A DNA stretch of 64,000 nucleotides from assembly GCA_963773125.1 (NCBI GenBank), contig CAVZBC010000079.1:28761-92760 (forward strand), in the 5' to 3' direction. The notes below the pieces were generated by a model. That model was not told the origin of the DNA and did no database searches. It saw only the letters and a program-made list of their open reading frames with translations. This stretch comes from an uncultured Gammaproteobacteria bacterium. GTDB taxonomy: Bacteria > Tectomicrobia > Entotheonellia > Entotheonellales > Entotheonellaceae. The position numbers were made by a program, and so were the translations under genes. Positions 50,919 through 60,487 of this stretch are shown in pieces (the first letter of the stretch is position 1; the number at the start of each line of letters is the position of its first letter).

Positions 50919-52253
50919 TTAAAAGGGACGCGGAAACGGCAGCTTATTCCACTTCCCCTTCCCTTTCTGCTTGCCCAAAAAGGTGCGCATCAATTTCTGG
51001 GTTTGGGCAAACTGTTTCAAGAGCCGATTGACGTCTTCCACAGTTGTACCGCTCCCACGCGCAATACGTTTGCGTCTACTCCCACCAATGATCGTGTGGT
51101 TCCGTCGTTCAGCCGGTGTCATGGAGTTGATGATGGCTTCCACGCGCCTGAGTTCTCCATCATCAACAGCCGGCAGCTTCGCGCTCTTCATCCCTGGGAT
51201 CATCGACATAAGGCTGTCCAGGGGGCCCATTTGTTTGAGCTGGCGTAACTGTTGTTGAAAGTCCTCAAGGGTAAAGGTGGCATGTTGAATCTTTTGCGCC
51301 AAGGCCGTTGCAGTATCGCGATCAATGGTCTGCTCGGCTTTTTCAATCAGGGTCAAGACATCCCCCATGCCGAGAATGCGCGACGTCATCCGATCGGGAT
51401 GAAACGGCTCCAGGGCCTCAAGCTTTTCACCGACCCCGACGAATTGAATTGGCTTGCCCACGACAGCTTTGATAGAGAGGGCGGCACCCCCACGGGCATC
51501 GCCATCGAGTTTGGTTAAGATGGTGGCATCAATCCCAATCGCCTCATCGAAAGCCGTGGCAACTTTCACGGCCTCTTGACCGGTCATGGCGTCAACCACC
51601 AGGAGGCTGTGATGGGGGGCAATTGCCTGTTTAATGTTCCGTAGTTCCTGCATGAGTGTGTCGTCAATCTGTAAGCGACCTGCCGTATCGATAATGACGA
51701 CATCACAGCCGAGTGTGGAGGCATGATCCACGGCCTTACGGCAGATGGACACGGCGTCACGGCTGCCTTCTTGTATAAAGACAGGCAGCGCCAGACTCTC
51801 TGCCAAAATACGTAGCTGGTCTATCGCGGCAGGGCGATAGATATCCGCGGCCACGAGCAATGGGCGATGCCCCGTGCTCTGTACCGTTTTGGCGAGTTTT
51901 GCTGCAGACGTGGTTTTGCCCGCTCCGTGGAGGCCAACGAGGAGCATGATGGTGGGCGGTTTAGAGGCCATGGCTAACGGCCGATGCACACCACCCATCA
52001 GCGCTGTCAACTCATCGCGGACGATCTTGACTACCTGCTGTCCAGGGGTCAGACTGCGCATCACTTCCTGCCCTAACGCCTGATCGCGCACACGCTGGAC
52101 GAAATCCTTCACCACCTGGAAATTGACGTCAGCCTCCAACAGTGCCAGGCGGACCTCACGCATGGCATCTTTGATGTTTGCTTCTGACAGCTTCCCACGT
52201 CCCCGAAGATGGGAGAAGATGCCATCAAGTTTGGCAGTGAGTGATTCAAACAC
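50919..52253 (-). CDS. ffh: Signal recognition particle protein Ffh
   Basis: 444-aa ORF with an NG domain ([24 protein letters not shown]) and a Met-rich M domain. Confidence 0.95.
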   Translation of the reverse strand: MFESLTAKLDGIFSHLRGRGKLSEANIKDAMREVRLALLEADVNFQVVKDFVQRVRDQALGQEVMRSLTPGQQVVKIVRDELTALMGGVHRPLAMASKPPTIMLLVGLHGAGKTTSAAKLAKTVQSTGHRPLLVAADIYRPAAIDQLRILAESLALPVFIQEGSRDAVSICRKAVDHASTLGCDVVIIDTAGRLQIDDTLMQELRNIKQAIAPHHSLLVVDAMTGQEAVKVATAFDEAIGIDATILTKLDGDARGGAALSIKAVVGKPIQFVGVGEKLEALEPFHPDRMTSRILGMGDVLTLIEKAEQTIDRDTATALAQKIQHATFTLEDFQQQLRQLKQMGPLDSLMSMIPGMKSAKLPAVDDGELRRVEAIINSMTPAERRNHTIIGGSRRKRIARGSGTTVEDVNRLLKQFAQTQKLMRTFLGKQKGKGKWNKLPFPRPF

Positions 52254-52324
52254 GTGCGATTCCTTGCTCTTATATGACGGATACCTGGGCTGCAGGACGC
52301 TCTGTGCACGGAGCCAGCCAATGA

Positions 52325-52354
52325 ATGTATGACCCTTCCCCGCCGTTTGTCAAG
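52325..52354 (-). promoter_or_regulatory. Sigma70-type promoter of ffh
   Basis: Read on the minus strand: TTGACA (52354-52349), 18-nt spacer, TACATT (52330-52325). It lies ~70 nt upstream of the ffh ATG. Confidence 0.45.
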
Positions 52355-52413
52355 CGATGTTGCGTGCCTGTCGATACCATGCTGCCTGGGAGCGACAACA
52401 CGCCACATCTGTG

Positions 52414-52587
52414 TTACGCCTTGAGCGCTCGAATAGCCTGGGCGTAGTCAGGTTGACCAAAGATAGCGGTGCCGGCGACAAGAATATCGGCACCAGCCTC
52501 GTGGATGTGTCGGGCATTGTCGGATTTCACGTCCCCGTCCACTTCAATCATGACACGCAAATGGCGTGACTCGATAGGGCGCAATAT
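52414..52587 (-). pseudogene. rpe: Remnant of ribulose-phosphate 3-epimerase (C-terminal ~55 codons only)
   Basis: My translation gives [57 protein letters not shown]. This is the Rpe C-terminus (IEVDGG..., AGAd.lVaGSaiF). It starts immediately after the rsmB stop codon (52588-52590). The N-terminal ~160 codons are absent. Confidence 0.7.
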
Positions 52588-54015
52588 TTACCACAGTGTA
52601 CCTCTCTCTGGCGGCGTGTGGTGGCGACGGAAGCGGGCGACAAAGACCCCCTCAGTGTCCCATTGTTCAGGGGTGAGGTCGAGAGTGCCAGCTGTGACTG
52701 CAGGAACCAATGGACGCCTCTCCAGGTCTGCATCCACATCGACGAGCCGCATGTGCGGATGGCACGCCAGAAAACGTGCCACCACCTCGTGGTTTCCTCT
52801 GGCTCGTTCGTACACACACTGTATACCAGGAGCCCATCGGGCGCGAGGAGCTTCTGAGCATTGTGCAGGATACTCTCGCTGGAGTGTGGACAGGGAGAAG
52901 AGATCCGCCGCGGTCTTGCGCCACTTGATGTCGGGGTGGCGCCGTAGCACACCCAGGCCAGAGCATGGGGCATCGACGAGAATACGATCGAAGACCTGCC
53001 GAAACGGTAGTGTCTCTGTGGCGTCAGCTACCACGGTGGTGATACTCGACAACCCTAAGCGGCATACATTGTTCCGCAGCATGTGCAACCGACTCTGGTG
53101 GACATCGCAGGCAAAAATCCGACCTGTGTCCTGCATGAGCTGGGCCAGATGGGTGGTTTTTCCCCCCGGGGCAGCACAGACATCAAGCACACGCTGCCCG
53201 GCCTGCGGCAGACACAAAGGCGCTACCAGCATCGCTCCAGCATCTTGGACTTGAAAGAGACCGTCCTGATAGCTGGGTAACGCGTCCAACTGGTCCGTTC
53301 CGCGCACTACCAGGCCATCGGACATGAGCGTAGACGGCACGACGTCTTGCAGACCTTCCTCATGCAGGCGCTGGATAAGCTCCGTGGTGGTCGTGCGCAG
53401 GGTATTAGTGCGGAGGGTGACCCCAGGAATACGATTGTTCGCGTCACACAGGGTCTGCGTACGTTCCCAGCCATAGCGCTGCAGCCAGCGTTCTACCAGC
53501 CATTGTGGGTGTGAAAAGGCGATAGCGAGGTGCGCCGCCGGTTGGGTCGTGGCATCCGGAAAGGGCCAGGCATGGTATTGGCGCAGCACCGCGCGTAAGA
53601 CCCCGTTGACCAGGCGGGCCGTGCCTGCATGGCCGAAATGCCGCGCTAATGTGACGGTTTCATGCACCGCGGCATGATGTGGTACACGGCTCATCCACAG
53701 ACACTGATAGACGCCCAGACGTAACGCATTGCGGATCCATGGCGTAAGGTCTTCCAGGGGATACCGACAGACGTGACTCAGTAACCAATCAATCCGCGCT
53801 CGCCAGCGTATAACACCATAGACACATTCTGTGACAAACGCCCGGTCGCGCCGATCCAGCGGACACCCCTGCAGGGTGTGACGGAGGAGCACATCCGTAT
53901 AGGCCTGTTGCGTATCGAGTGCATACAGGAGCTGCATGGCTGTCTGACGGGCGGAAATGTTTGGCGTGGTCTTAGGCAAAGCGGTGTCCTTGTTGGAGAC
54001 GATATCCTTGTACAA
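52588..54015 (-). CDS. rsmB: 16S rRNA (cytosine967-C5)-methyltransferase RsmB
   Basis: NusB-like N-terminus (ARQTAMQLLYAL) and a methyltransferase core (VLDVCAAPGGKT, DRILVDAPCSGLGVLRRHPD). The annotated start is a TTG overlapping fmt; the exact start is uncertain. Confidence 0.85.
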   Translation of the reverse strand: MYKDIVSNKDTALPKTTPNISARQTAMQLLYALDTQQAYTDVLLRHTLQGCPLDRRDRAFVTECVYGVIRWRARIDWLLSHVCRYPLEDLTPWIRNALRLGVYQCLWMSRVPHHAAVHETVTLARHFGHAGTARLVNGVLRAVLRQYHAWPFPDATTQPAAHLAIAFSHPQWLVERWLQRYGWERTQTLCDANNRIPGVTLRTNTLRTTTTELIQRLHEEGLQDVVPSTLMSDGLVVRGTDQLDALPSYQDGLFQVQDAGAMLVAPLCLPQAGQRVLDVCAAPGGKTTHLAQLMQDTGRIFACDVHQSRLHMLRNNVCRLGLSSITTVVADATETLPFRQVFDRILVDAPCSGLGVLRRHPDIKWRKTAADLFSLSTLQREYPAQCSEAPRARWAPGIQCVYERARGNHEVVARFLACHPHMRLVDVDADLERRPLVPAVTAGTLDLTPEQWDTEGVFVARFRRHHTPPERGTLW

Positions 54016-54901
54016 AGTCTCGTGCGGACATGCGACGGCGATTGGCTGGTTGGAGCTCTAAAATGACCAACTGTTGTGACCCGCACGCCAGGCAGAAGCC
54101 CTCGGGGGTGAGCGCCGTAACCGTTCCCGGGGGAAGAGGGGACGACTCGTCCAGGACTGCTGCACGCCAGAGCTTGATTTCTTGCCCATGGTACGTAGCC
54201 GAGGCGCCAGGCCACGGTACCAGGCCCCGAATACGATTATGCAGGGTAGTCGCCGATTGTTGCCAGTCAAGCCGCCCCAGTTCTCGGGTCAGCTTGGGAG
54301 CGTGCGACGCCCCGTCCTCTGGCTGGGGTTGGGGTGTCAGTGTATCCTGAGCAAGCCCTGTCAGGACGTTGAGCATGCCAACCGCTCCCGCTTCCGCGAG
54401 CCGTTCCGCCACACTGATGGCGTCATCATCCGCAGTAATAGAGGATGCTTCACTCCAGAGTATAGGCCCGGTGTCAACATGGGCATCCATCTGGATAATG
54501 GTATAGCCGGTGCAAGTTTCCCCCTGTATCAAGGCCCAGTTAATGGGGGCGGGACCGCGATATTTGGGCAGCAAAGAGGCATGCAGATTGAGACAGCCAT
54601 AGGGAGGCAAAGTGAGTACGGCCGCTGGAAGGATGTTGCCGTATGCCACCACAATGATGACGTCCGGATGCCACCCCGCGAGCGCCTCTACCACCGCTTG
54701 ACTACGCAGCGTGGCTGGTTGTAACACCGGCAGACCATATGCCAGAGCCAGTGTTTTGACTGGAGATGGGGCCAGCTGCTGGCCGCGTCCACGCGGCCGG
54801 TCGGGTTGGGTCACCACGGCAGCGATCTCATGGGAGGATGCCTGGAGCCAGCGCAAGGTCGGACAGGCAAAGCCGGCAGTGCCCATAAAAATGAGGCGCA
54901 T
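53972..54901 (-). CDS. fmt: Methionyl-tRNA formyltransferase
   Basis: MRLIFMGTAGFACPTL and NLHASLLPKYRGPAPI. Confidence 0.95.
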   Translation of the reverse strand: MRLIFMGTAGFACPTLRWLQASSHEIAAVVTQPDRPRGRGQQLAPSPVKTLALAYGLPVLQPATLRSQAVVEALAGWHPDVIIVVAYGNILPAAVLTLPPYGCLNLHASLLPKYRGPAPINWALIQGETCTGYTIIQMDAHVDTGPILWSEASSITADDDAISVAERLAEAGAVGMLNVLTGLAQDTLTPQPQPEDGASHAPKLTRELGRLDWQQSATTLHNRIRGLVPWPGASATYHGQEIKLWRAAVLDESSPLPPGTVTALTPEGFCLACGSQQLVILELQPANRRRMSARDFVQGYRLQQGHRFA

Positions 54902-54921
54902 GTTCCTTCCCCTGTGTCGTG

Positions 54922-55437
54922 CTACTCTTGCTGGCGTTGACGCTGCGCCCGACGATATTTCCGCTTGACGAGGTCGCGGCCGACCGGACCCATGCGGTCG
55001 AAGAACAGCAGTCCTTGCAGATGATCCATCTCGTGCTGCAAGGCACGGGCGAGCAGCCCTTCGCCGGTGATCTCCACTGCCTCACCAGCACGGTTCAAAC
55101 CCCGTAGCAGCACTTTGGCGGCCCGCGGCGTCAGACCATAGATGCCTGGAACGCTGAGACACCCTTCGTCTTCACGTACACGGCCGTCGAGCAGGACGAG
55201 TTGAGGATTGATAAAGGTCATTAAGGCATGCGGATCCTTGCCGCTCGTGACATCGACAACGAACACTTGCAAGGAGACGCCGACCTGCGGGGCTGCCAGG
55301 CCAATCCCAGGCGCTGCATACATCGTCTCGACCATGTCGTCGATCAATCGCTGCAGGTCCGCATCGAGTACCGGGACTGGTTGAGCCTTCTGGCGCAGTA
55401 CGGGCTCGGGAAAGGCATGGATGGAACGCACGGCCAT
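54922..55437 (-). CDS. def: Peptide deformylase
   Basis: GIGLAAPQVG, EGCLSVPG and HEMDHLQG. Confidence 0.95.
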   Translation of the reverse strand: MAVRSIHAFPEPVLRQKAQPVPVLDADLQRLIDDMVETMYAAPGIGLAAPQVGVSLQVFVVDVTSGKDPHALMTFINPQLVLLDGRVREDEGCLSVPGIYGLTPRAAKVLLRGLNRAGEAVEITGEGLLARALQHEMDHLQGLLFFDRMGPVGRDLVKRKYRRAQRQRQQE

Positions 55438-55559
55438 GCGGTGTTTGCCTCACGGAGACATTATGGACAGAAAGGGCATGCATATAAAAAAGGTCGAGAA
55501 CGCTAGTTTATAGCTGATTTTCGCCACCGGTGCAACGCAGCGCTGTCGTGCTCGGGGGA

Positions 55560-58013
55560 TTACATAAAGGTTAACGGGTCAATGTCCACCGTCAGCCGCA
55601 CACCCCGGTTTTGCTGGCGGTCGTGGGACACTTCGCTCAGGGCATTGTGTAAGCAGCGGTGCAAGAGGCGACTGGAAGTCGCTTTCAGTAAGACATGCCA
55701 ACGGTACCGGTTGTGGATTTTGGCAACTGGGGCTTCGGCTGGACCTAAGATGACGAGGTGCTGTTTGTCCGGGATATGACGTTGTAACACCGTTCCTATC
55801 CAGGCGCTTACGGTCTGGACGCGCTGGGCATCAGGGCTGTCGAGCAGTAGGCGAGCGAGGCGCGTAAACGGTGGATAGAACAGGGGCTGGCGCCGCTGCA
55901 ACTCATCGTGAAAAAATCCGGCATAATCATGATGTTTGGCGAAGTTGACGCTGTAATGTTCAGGACGAAACGTTTGAATGAAGACTTCACCGCCCGCGGT
56001 GCCGCGACCAGCCCGTCCAGCGACCTGGGTGAGGAGTTGGAACAAACGCTCTGGGGCACGAAAATCGGGTATCGCCAAAGTGGCATCGGCAGACACAACC
56101 CCCACGAGGGTAATGTTTGGGTAATCATGTCCTTTGGCAATCATCTGGGTGCCGATGAGAATGTCGATGTCACCGCGTCCGAGCGTACGGAGTATCTGTT
56201 GATGGGCGGACTTCCGACGCGTCGTATCCCGGTCCATGCGCCCAAGGCGCGCCGTTGGAAAGAGGGCCCGGAGGATGTCTTCTACTTGCTGGGTGCCGAC
56301 TCCAAAGGGGAGTAAGGCGAGGCTTTGGCAGGCTGCGCAGGTCGACGGTGCTGGTTGAGAAAAATCACAGTAATGGCATTTCAAGGTGCGATCCCGTCGA
56401 TGATACGTCAGTGACACACTGCAGCGGATACAGTGGGGCACCACCCCACAGTCTCGACACTGCAAGTAGGAAGCGAAGCCGCGACGATTGATCAGAATGA
56501 GACATTGTTCGCTCCGTTGCAGGCAGTCAGCGATGGCCTGCGCCAGGGGCGTAGTAATGACACGTTCGTTCGGGGTCGTCCGGGTGCGTTGATCGATCAC
56601 CGTAATGCGGGGTAACGGCTTTTCTTCCACACGATGGGGCAGCGCCAGGAGGAGATATTTGCCACCTTTGGCATGATGAAACGTCTCGAGCGCTGGCGTG
56701 GCGCTACCCAAGACAACTACAGCATGGTTCTGTTGCGCGCGGACAATGGCGACGTCACGCGCATTGTAGCGCGGCGTTTCTTCTTGTTTGTATGACGTAT
56801 CATGTTCTTCATCGACAATGAGTAGGCCGAGATGCGGTACTGGTGCGAAGATCGCCGAACGGGCACCGATAGCGATACGAGCGTCGCCAGAGGCCAGGCG
56901 ACGCCATTCATCAAAACGTTCTCCAGCCGAGAGGCCACTGTGGAGGACGGCGACACGAGAAGAGAAGCGTGCCACAAAGCGCTCCACGAGTTGATCCGTC
57001 AGCGAAATTTCCGGTACGAGGATAACGGCTGTTTTGCCTTGCCCAAGGGCGGTAGCAATGCTCCGCATGTACACTTCGGTCTTGCCACTGCCGGTGACAC
57101 CGTGGAGGAGGATGGGGATGTCGTCCGGGGCTGAGAGTTTGGCTTCGATCTGCAGCAGGGCATGCTGTTGGGCCTGGTTGAGTACCGGAGGTGCGGCGGG
57201 CTGGGTCGGCGACGATGGAACCACGCGGCGAAATGTTGCCTCTTGCGTGATGCGTACGATGCCCTGCTGGGCCAGCCGTTGCACCGCCGCAGTGGCGCCT
57301 GGGACTTGCCGGCGGAGGGCAGATAATTCCCAGGTGTCCTGGTCGTGTAACAGCGCCAGGATGGCTGCCTGGGTTGGGGCGCGCGATTGCAGACGTTGCT
57401 GCAGGGCACAGACGTCCGCAGAGGACATCTGCAAGCGTACACGCGAGACAAGACGTTGCCGAGCTTTCGGCGGGAGGAGTTGTTGGCTCGTCTGGAGCAA
57501 GCCCTCTGATACCAGACGACGTAGGAGGGCACCGAGGTGTCGACCAGCGAGCTTGGCTTCCAACTCATGTTGTTGCTGAGGCTCGTGCTCGGCAAGACAG
57601 GCCAGCATGGCTCCGCTTTGTCCACTTGGCCAGTTTTGGGGCTGTTGTCGGGCCTCGGCAGTAAGGGTGTACACAGTCGTACTGCGCACCCGAAAGCCTT
57701 CTGGGACGGTAGCCTTGAGTACCAGACCCCAGGGGCACATGTAGTAATTGGCGATCCAGCGGGTAAGTTGCAAGAGGTCCTGTGTCAACAGCGGCGCATC
57801 ATCAAGAATCTGCTGTATGTCGCGGAGATTATCGACCTCGCTCGTGTTGCGTAAGCCGACGATGTACCCAAGCTGCTGGCGAGTGCCGACGGGGACGAGG
57901 ACGCGTTGGCCTACCTGGCAGCGGGACTGCATGGCTGGTGGGATGTGATAATCTAAAGAGGTCTCTAAAGGAAGTTCGACAACGACCTCGGCGAAGGATG
58001 AGAGGGTTTGCAT
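55560..58013 (-). CDS. priA: Primosomal protein N' (replication restart helicase PriA)
   Basis: Walker A GVTGSGKTE, DEEHD, and a Cys-rich zinc-binding insert (CRDCG..CIRCS..CHYC..CAAC). The start is taken at MQTLSSFAEV. Confidence 0.9.
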   Translation of the reverse strand: MQTLSSFAEVVVELPLETSLDYHIPPAMQSRCQVGQRVLVPVGTRQQLGYIVGLRNTSEVDNLRDIQQILDDAPLLTQDLLQLTRWIANYYMCPWGLVLKATVPEGFRVRSTTVYTLTAEARQQPQNWPSGQSGAMLACLAEHEPQQQHELEAKLAGRHLGALLRRLVSEGLLQTSQQLLPPKARQRLVSRVRLQMSSADVCALQQRLQSRAPTQAAILALLHDQDTWELSALRRQVPGATAAVQRLAQQGIVRITQEATFRRVVPSSPTQPAAPPVLNQAQQHALLQIEAKLSAPDDIPILLHGVTGSGKTEVYMRSIATALGQGKTAVILVPEISLTDQLVERFVARFSSRVAVLHSGLSAGERFDEWRRLASGDARIAIGARSAIFAPVPHLGLLIVDEEHDTSYKQEETPRYNARDVAIVRAQQNHAVVVLGSATPALETFHHAKGGKYLLLALPHRVEEKPLPRITVIDQRTRTTPNERVITTPLAQAIADCLQRSEQCLILINRRGFASYLQCRDCGVVPHCIRCSVSLTYHRRDRTLKCHYCDFSQPAPSTCAACQSLALLPFGVGTQQVEDILRALFPTARLGRMDRDTTRRKSAHQQILRTLGRGDIDILIGTQMIAKGHDYPNITLVGVVSADATLAIPDFRAPERLFQLLTQVAGRAGRGTAGGEVFIQTFRPEHYSVNFAKHHDYAGFFHDELQRRQPLFYPPFTRLARLLLDSPDAQRVQTVSAWIGTVLQRHIPDKQHLVILGPAEAPVAKIHNRYRWHVLLKATSSRLLHRCLHNALSEVSHDRQQNRGVRLTVDIDPLTFM

Positions 58014-58301
58014 AACGACACCCTGCGTAGGAGGACACACGACTAGCGTCCAGTGTAGCGTAGTGAGCGCTTTTCAGCAAAGGCCCGCGGCCCTTCCTTG
58101 AAGAGAAGCGCCATAGTCTACCTCCCCAGGAGGCAGAGGCTCGTTCCCCACAACGGCGACCGAGCAGGCGTCTTGCCGATGGAGATCCTGGAGAGCGTAA
58201 GAGCCGTAACACAAGAGCTGCTGGAGGAGAAATGCGCTGGGCCAGTGAGTGTTTCTATGTCGCTCACTGGCCCTTTTGCCGCAGTCGGAAGGCAGAGAAG
58301 A

Positions 58302-58673
58302 CTAGCGATCGATATGCGAGCGACCTGAGGAACTGCGGCTTTCCATCTCTTCTTGACAGGCGCGACAGAAGCGCGCCCACGGGATAGCTTCGAGACGTTT
58401 TATCTCGATAGGGTCCTCGCAATTGGCGCAGATGCCGTAGTCATCGTTATCAATGCGTTCGATGGCGTCTTCTACTGCGCGCAACTCGTCAAGTTCGCGG
58501 CTTTTCAACATGAAAGTGATTTCACGGTCTCGGGCGCTGCTGGCAATATCCAGTGAGTCACCCCGGGTGAGCTCCTCGCTGGATTGCGGAGCACGACTCT
58601 CAGAGACTTTGGCGAGGATGGCCTGACGACGCTTTTCAAGATTCGCTCGGATTGTGCTAAATTCTTCCCGCAT
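58302..58673 (-). CDS. dksA: DksA/TraR-family C4 zinc-finger regulator
   Basis: 123 aa with a coiled-coil N-terminus and CANCEDPIEIKRLEAIPWARFCRAC (C-x2-C-x17-C-x2-C). Confidence 0.8.
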   Translation of the reverse strand: MREEFSTIRANLEKRRQAILAKVSESRAPQSSEELTRGDSLDIASSARDREITFMLKSRELDELRAVEDAIERIDNDDYGICANCEDPIEIKRLEAIPWARFCRACQEEMESRSSSGRSHIDR

Positions 58674-58932
58674 AAGGTGTGATCCTCTATTGTACTAACA
58701 CCTTAATAGACATTCTCACCAAGAGAAGGCCCCAACGTGAAGTAGAGATGAAAAAAACCCAGGCCAAAAAGGCTGGGCTTCGTTGCAGCACTCGCTATTT
58801 GAGTTGTATGGGAGCCTTGACAGTCCGAATCCGTCCCATGCATGTTTGATGACCCTAGGGTTATTCTATCCTCAGAAGTGCTATATTATATTGGGAATGT
58901 GCTAGGGTGTCAAACACACTCCAGCAGGCGGC

Positions 58933-58962
58933 TTGACAAGGCCAGGAGCCCGTTGTTACAAT
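58933..58962 (+). promoter_or_regulatory. Sigma70-type promoter of the B12-domain/meaB/prpD-family operon
   Basis: TTGACA (58933-58938), 18-nt spacer, TACAAT (58957-58962), ~60 nt upstream of ATG 59023. Confidence 0.5.
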
Positions 58963-59022
58963 CGGCCCCTAGAAATTCGTGGGTGTGCGGGTTGTGCAGC
59001 ATGGCATACGGGAGGAAAACTG

Positions 59023-59430
59023 ATGGCCACAGAGCGGCAAATCCGAGTCCTGCTGGCCAAACCTGGCCTGGATGGGCATGATCGTGGCGTCAAGGTGCTT
59101 GCCTTAGCCCTCCGTGATGCTGGTCTCGAAGTCATATACACCGGCTTACGACAGACGCCAGAGCAAATCGTTGCTGCTGCAATACAAGAAGATGTCGATG
59201 TCGTTGGCCTAAGCTGCCTTTCTGGAGCCCACAATTATCTCTTTCCCCGCGTGGTTGAACTGCTACGAGAGCAGGGTGCCCATGATGTTCTGGTGATTGC
59301 TGGTGGTATCATTCCAGAAAGGGATATCCCCGAACTCAAGGCGAAGGGGACGCAAGAGGTTTTTGGCCCCGGCTCCTCCACTGCCGATATTGTGGGATAC
59401 ATCAAGAAGCATGCCCCCCACAAGTCCTGA
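59023..59430 (+). CDS. Stand-alone cobalamin-binding domain protein (acyl-CoA mutase small subunit-like)
   Basis: [41 protein letters not shown] has the DxHxxG B12-binding motif and Rossmann-like remainder of the methylmalonyl-CoA mutase C-terminal domain. Confidence 0.8.
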   Translation: MATERQIRVLLAKPGLDGHDRGVKVLALALRDAGLEVIYTGLRQTPEQIVAAAIQEDVDVVGLSCLSGAHNYLFPRVVELLREQGAHDVLVIAGGIIPERDIPELKAKGTQEVFGPGSSTADIVGYIKKHAPHKS

Positions 59431-59530
59431 GAGCCCTTCTGTGCCCATCACCTTGAGCGTCGCATGGCCCTGGTCGAGCTTCTGCTGTTCACAGGTATCG
59501 AGGGGGATTACCGAACGAAGGAACTCCCTG

Positions 59531-60487
59531 GTGAATGTAGTGAAGAGAATGCTCGCTGGCGACCAGCGAGCCCTGGCACGCCTGATTTCACATGTGGAAC
59601 GGCATAGCACGGATGTTCCTGCCATCATGAAATGCGTCTATCCGGCGCTTGGCACAGGATACTGTGTGGGTATCACTGGCCCGCCAGGAGCCGGCAAAAG
59701 CACTATCACCGATAAAATTACCGCCTACGCCCGCCAGCAGGAGAAAACCGTTGGTATTGTCGCTGTGGACCCCAGCAGCCCATTTTCTGGGGGAGCCGTC
59801 CTGGGCGACCGTATTCGCATGCAGCAACATTACCTCGACTCTGGGGTGTTTATCCGTAGCATGGCCACGCGTGGCAGTCATGGCGGGCTGCCACAAAGCG
59901 CCAAAGGTGTAATCAAGTTGTTCGATGCGTTTGGCAAGGAGCTTATCCTTGTCGAAACCGTGGGGGTTGGGCAGACTGAACTCGACATCGTCGAGGCAGC
60001 CGACACCACGGTGGTCATTCTGGTGCCCGAGGCTGGCGATAGCATTCAGGCGATGAAAGCCGGTCTCATGGAAATTGCCGATATCTTCGTCGTCAATAAG
60101 GCTGACCGCGAAGGTGCGGAACGGATGCTGACGGAATTACGCTTACTTATGCACCTGCATCCAAAATATGACTGGTGGGAAGTGCCCGTGTTGGCCACCC
60201 AGGCCCATAAGGACGTTGGCATTATCGAGCTATATGCGGCGATCGAGACACATCGGCGCACCCTCGAAGAGACTGGCCAGTTGGCGGTGCGACGCCAAGC
60301 GCAGCGTCGCAAAGAATTGCTGGCATTGCTACAGCACCACCTTTTACAAGATTTGCTCGCCCAACTTGCACAGGAGGAGACACTCCAGGAACTCGTCAAA
60401 CAGGTCCAAGACGCCACCATCGATCCGTATACCGCAGCGCAACGCATTCTCGCAGACAAGAGAGGATCCGCCGATGGGACTCACTGA
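59531..60487 (+). CDS. meaB: MeaB/ArgK-type G-protein chaperone of B12-dependent mutases
   Basis: GDQRALARLISHVE, P-loop GITGPPGAGKST, VETVGVGQ and NKADREG. The start lies between GTG 59531 and ATG 59549. Confidence 0.85.
   Translation: MNVVKRMLAGDQRALARLISHVERHSTDVPAIMKCVYPALGTGYCVGITGPPGAGKSTITDKITAYARQQEKTVGIVAVDPSSPFSGGAVLGDRIRMQQHYLDSGVFIRSMATRGSHGGLPQSAKGVIKLFDAFGKELILVETVGVGQTELDIVEAADTTVVILVPEAGDSIQAMKAGLMEIADIFVVNKADREGAERMLTELRLLMHLHPKYDWWEVPVLATQAHKDVGIIELYAAIETHRRTLEETGQLAVRRQAQRRKELLALLQHHLLQDLLAQLAQEETLQELVKQVQDATIDPYTAAQRILADKRGSADGTH

Noticed and set aside
58963-59022. Cobalamin riboswitch upstream of the B12-domain gene
   Set aside because: The leader between the predicted promoter and the ATG is only ~60 nt. 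That is far too short for a cobalamin riboswitch, and no B12-box-like sequence was seen.
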